NCBI RefSeq assembly: GCF_032191835.1
Contig: NC_083230.1
Location: forward strand, 2,728,001 to 2,792,000
Source: Heteronotia binoei
Taxonomy: Eukaryota
DNA: 64,000 nucleotides
Reading direction: 5' to 3'
Position numbers and translations under genes: made by a program. Below are positions 59,721 to 64,000 of the stretch, in pieces (the stretch's first letter is position 1; each line of letters starts with the position of its first letter). Under the pieces are notes generated by a model, which had not been told where the DNA came from, did not search any database, and saw only the letters and a program-made list of their open reading frames with translations.

Positions 59721-62585
59721 TGTGATATAGAGTGCCACATCCAACCCAATGCGAAAGGGAGGAAAGGGAAATGGGCATATGCTACCTTGGAGACAGGATT
59801 ATACAAGCTGCAAACTACCTGTGTTGCCCTCAGCTTTACCCAGACTGGCTAAATGAACCACCACCTGAGGGAGACAGAGCTAAATGAACCACCACCTGAG
59901 AAGAGCTGGGAGGAACATTCTGTTTATATTTGGCAAAGAGCCCTGGGCCGAGGAGGAGAGTAAGCACGAGACAGCCAATCCCTGAACTAAGAGGTCCTTT
60001 GAACAGAGAGAAAGGGACAGAGAGGAATCCCTGCTCAAGGGAGTGTCTGCATGTCCTGAGGAGAAGGGCATGCATGAAACCCAAAGCCTCATTTTTCAGG
60101 GGGTAGAAGTTGTTTTGCCACTACTTTTTTCTTTTAATCTTGCCAGCAAATGGCCACCTCTTTTAAGCCAGCCACTAAGAGGCAAGTCCGGTCACAGCTT
60201 TCCAGCATCTGTTTTTGAACCACTGCCTGAATGTCTCCTCAGTTATACCTATCAAGAATGACTGCCTTAAGAATTTTATAGTCAGCCAACTACTCCTGGA
60301 ACAGGACCCTCAGGACAGCTTGAGTGCCTCCGGTGAGGTAAGGCCCCAGAATAAACAGTCATTGGGCATAGGCCACCTCAGCTAGCTGTGCAAAAGTCTT
60401 AAGGTAAGCTCCCACATCATCCTCAAAGGTCAATTTGGTCAGAGTTGGGGTGGAGAGATGGCCAAAAAGAATCTGGGGGTTGGCTGGCCTAGAGGATTCC
60501 CATGCTTGCATCTTTTCCTTAACCAAGGCCTGTTGTTCGCTCTACAGTAGATACCTCAAGCCTCCCTGGGATTTAGCTCCTTTGAGTTACTCTGTGGATG
60601 ACAGCCAAGGGGCCTATTGTTGGTGGTGCAGGAATGATGGGTCCCCAGAGAACCCCATTCCAGGGACAGCCCTACAACTTACATGGAGAAGTTGCAGAAA
60701 TGGTTGTCCTGGGCTAGGGAAGTAGTGAAGGAAAACCTGCAGTGTGCACAGGTATATCAGAAAGCCTATTATGATTGCAAAAATTAGCAGCGGACCTTCC
60801 AAGTGGGTGACCAGTTCTTAGTACACCGATCAGCAACCCAGGGATGGAGGATGGATGTGTGGGATGAATCTTACACCATGGAAACAACCTACAGGAATCT
60901 TATTTATAACATTCGCTACCGCCCAGGAAGGGGAGGATGCAGGCACCTACGTGTGAATCACCTGAAAAAATGGGTGAAGTGAGCAGCCACTTGCAACCTC
61001 ACTCAGACTCCTGGGAACCTCTCCAATGCTGTCCTTCCCTGATCCTTGCAACCAGAAGAAGACAGTCTCCCCCCCTAAAAAAATAAATCAATGAGCACTT
61101 AACACAAGAAAGAGGGTGAGCCTGGAGCAGTTGCTGCAGCGGGCTCCTCCGGTCTTCTCCAAGCTTCCAGGGGAAACCAGTGTCCTTGAGCATGCTGTCC
61201 ACATGGACAAAGACCAGGTCTCTTGGTCAGTCAGGAGGCCAGTTCCTTGGCAGAGGTGAGCTGATGTTGAATGAGAGGTAGAAAACATGTTGAAGCTTGG
61301 GGTTATTGAACCCTCTTGAAGTGCTTGGTGCAGTCCTATAGTGTTAGTTCTGAAGCTGGACAGCAGCATCAGGTTCTGTGTCAATTACAGGGAACTCAAC
61401 AAGATGTCTTGGTTCAATGCATACTCCATGCTTTGCACCGATCTACTGCTGGACAAGCTAGGGGCTGCCAAGTTTCTGTTAGCCCTTGACTTGACAAAAG
61501 GGTATTGGCAGGTCCCAGTCCAGGAAGAAAACTGGGAAAGGAAACAGCTTTTGCTACACCTCAAGGGCTCTTCCAGTTTGTATGGATGCCTTTTGGCTTC
61601 ATGGAGCCACGGCAATCTTCCAGTGACTGGTCAGTGTTTAGGGAAATGCTGCAAATTTGCAGCAGTGTACCTAGATGACATAATTACCTTTAGCCTAGAT
61701 TGGGATACCCACCTTTGGCATTTGGAACAGGTGTTGCAGGCTCTACATAAGGCAGGTCTAAAAGCCAACCCATCTCAGAGTCACCTTTGTTTCTCTTAGC
61801 GGAAGTATTTGTGCTTCATAGTAGGATGGCGGGAGGTCAAACATGTCCCCAAGCAAGTGGCAAAGATTCGGGACTCCCTTGCACCACAAACCAAGAAACT
61901 GCTCTGGCAGTTCTTAGGGATTTTAGGCTATTACAGTCAGTTCATCCCCCATTATGTTTCCAAGCCAGCTGTCCTGATGGACTGTCTATGGAAAATCGAG
62001 CCAAACCAAATTCAATGGTTCCCCCCCACAAACCTTGCTGCTTTCCATATTTTGAAAGAAACCTTAACTGAGACTACCCAATTGCACAACCTGGACTTCT
62101 CCTTCCCTTTCAAGGTCTACACCAATGCCTCCAAATCCAGTTTGGGGGCAGTTCTAGCACAAGGCCCAAAGGCATAAGGAACTCCCCATATTTTTCCTCA
62201 GTAGAAAGCTGCAACCAGAGGAAAAAAATACTCAACTATCAAAAAGAAGGCTCATCAAATGGGCCACTGGAGACCTGCATTATTACCTATCCAACAATCT
62301 CTTTATCCTCATCATAGATCATATGCCCCTCCAATGCCTCTATCAGTTGCATCCCTATAATGATTGGATCTCACATTAGTGCCTATCTTTATTGCTCTAC
62401 AGATTCACAATCCAACATTGTGCCAGCCAAGCCCACACCAATGCTGACTGGCTCTCTCACCTCTTTGAGGACGAGCCCCTGTCAGTGCTGGTGGGGGAGA
62501 TGTGATTGGACCTCAGGCTGGGTCTGGACTTTAGTGCCTTTCAAGTAACCCCCAAGCCTCAGGTGCCTCTTCAACACCATGAGAC
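59721..62585 (+). mobile_element. Degraded Gypsy LTR retrotransposon with Gmr1-type domain order (INT-RT-RNaseH)
   Basis: Integrase C-terminal half at ~60400-60980 (GFSSFELL, ENLQCAQ.YQK.YYD, TFQVGD, HL.VNHLKKW). It precedes RT (SPIVLV.K.DSSIRFCVNYRELN, LDLTKGYWQV, YLDDI) and RNase H (F.VYTNAS...LGAVLAQ). A PPT-like ggtgggggaga is followed by TGTGAT at 62501. Confidence 0.82.
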
Positions 62586-63002
62586 TGTCAGAACTGGGAA
62601 CTTCAAAAGAGACGCATCACTTTGTTTCAAAAGTTAAGACGTTTATTGAGAACTAGTATCCAGGAAAGAAGCAAGTTGACTCTAATAGCCCTCAAGGCTA
62701 TCGGCACATTCTTATGCATTGGTAACAGAAACAATAAAACCCTTTCTCACACCCAGAGAGACAGTTGTCTGTTCCCAGGCCTCCTTTATCTCCAAACGCG
62801 GAGGAAGGAATCCCGCTGTTCTTCTCTGGCATGTTAGCTTCAAAGGCCACCTGCAGATGGTTCCCAGAGGCTATCGGTCACCCTTCAGTGGTTAGTATTT
62901 GTTTGAAATGCAAAGTTACAGGGTTAGTAGACATTTCCAATATGGAGTCAGTTAGGCTAATAACACATTGTTCAGCATAAAGGAAAGTTACAAGTTCTGA
63001 CA
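62586..63002 (-). repeat. 3' LTR (417 bp) of a chromodomain Gypsy element
   Basis: TGTCAGAAC...GTTCTGACA terminal inverted repeats. The PPT ttaggggaggcagta lies immediately upstream on the minus strand. Confidence 0.9.
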
Positions 63003-64000
63003 TACTGCCTCCCCTAAGCTTTCGCCCTGGGCTTGTGCGGGTACAGTAGGTGGAATTTCTTAAGCAGATGTGGAGCCCGCACATCGCTGGCCTTGACCCA
63101 TTCATCACAGCTACTCGGGAAGTACTTCCACCTGATGAGGTAGTACAGCACCCCCCTTTGGACCCTAGAGTCCAAAATCTCCTGAACCTCATGGTGGCTC
63201 TGGCCCTTCACTTGAATAGGTGGTGGCACTGGAGGGCGAGGGTGCCAAGATGTAGCTCCAGGGTCCTTGCGAAGAAGGCTGCAATGAAAAACAGGGTGGA
63301 TCTTACTAAACATCTTGGGTAACTCCAATTCTACTGTGACCTCGTTGATTACCCTTTTAATTTTGAATGGGCCCAGGTATTTGTAGGTTAGCTTTCAGCA
63401 GGTTTGGGGTAGAGGCAGGTTCTTGGTCGAGAGGAACACACTCTCCCCTTCTTTGAACACCCACTGGGGGGGAGTGTTTCCGGTCGAAGTGCTTTTTATA
63501 GTCCTCCTTGGCACTTTCCAAGTTTTCTTGTATTACTTTCCACCCTTCTTTGATCCCCTCCCACCACTTCTGGCATGAGGTTGGGGCTGGCCCTTCTGGT
63601 GGCTTTGGTAATAGCGAGAAGGGCTTCCCTTCATAGCCATTAACAATTTGGAAAGGGGAGGCTTTGGTGGAGCTGTGCAGGCTGTTGTTGTACCCATACT
63701 CTGCAAAGGGTAGTAGCGCCACCCAATTGGTTTGTTGGTAATTAGCATAACAGCGTAGGTATTGCTCTAGCAGCCCGTTCACCCTCTCTGTCTGTCCGTC
63801 TGTCTGGGGGTGGTAGGCGGAGCTCAGTCCCTGTTCCATGCCCGTGATCTTACAAAACTCCCGCCAGAAGTTGGCAACGAACTGTGGCCCGCGGTCACTA
63901 ATCACCTTATCTGGGAATGAGTGAAGGCGGACCACGTGATTGAAAAACAGATGGGCGAGTTTCTTGGCAGTGGGTAATTTCTTACGCGGGATGAAGTGAG
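63003..64000 (-). mobile_element. Gypsy chromovirus internal region: integrase core, GPY/F module and chromodomain (continues beyond the window)
   Basis: SDRGPQF, SSAYHPQTDGQTERVN, LEQYLRCY, EYGYNNS.HSSTK.SPF, YLGPFKI, HPVFHCSLL and EVQEILDSR...YYLIRWKYFP...DEW. There is a +1 frameshift in a G7 run near 63470 and a TGA stop near 63396. Confidence 0.93.

Noticed and set aside
56011-64000. Following SEMA3C exon (NEELFSGMYIDFMG...)
   Set aside because: I could not find a matching sequence; it is presumably downstream of the window.
60400-64000. Endogenous retrovirus or non-retroviral endogenous virus
   Set aside because: The RT and integrase motifs and the chromodomain are Gypsy-type, and no env or viral hallmark genes are seen.

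Overview
This is eukaryotic, vertebrate DNA, almost certainly from a squamate. The SINE, MITE and CR1 repertoire points to a gecko. The window lies inside the SEMA3C (semaphorin 3C) gene on the + strand. Three short coding exons (63, 120 and 91 nt; 13565-13627, 29219-29338, 55920-56010) sit in introns that are largely transposable-element derived. The elements include many hAT MITEs with verifiable 8-bp target-site duplications (TSDs), Sauria- and Squam-type SINEs, four antisense L1 pieces (one near full length) and a ~3 kb L2. There are also CR1, RTE-BovB and RTE-X fragments, a DIRS fragment and several solo LTRs. The most distinctive elements are a Gmr1-type Gypsy (integrase before RT), a chromodomain Gypsy running off the right edge, and a GC/CpG-rich two-gene PIF/Harbinger relic (transposase plus Myb/SANT partner) with nested insertions. 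There are no prokaryotic features or CRISPR arrays. Most ORFs in the supplied track are spurious or TE remnants. I found no convincing novel biological system; the best leads are unusual TE architectures. Family names come from recalled motifs, not database searches.
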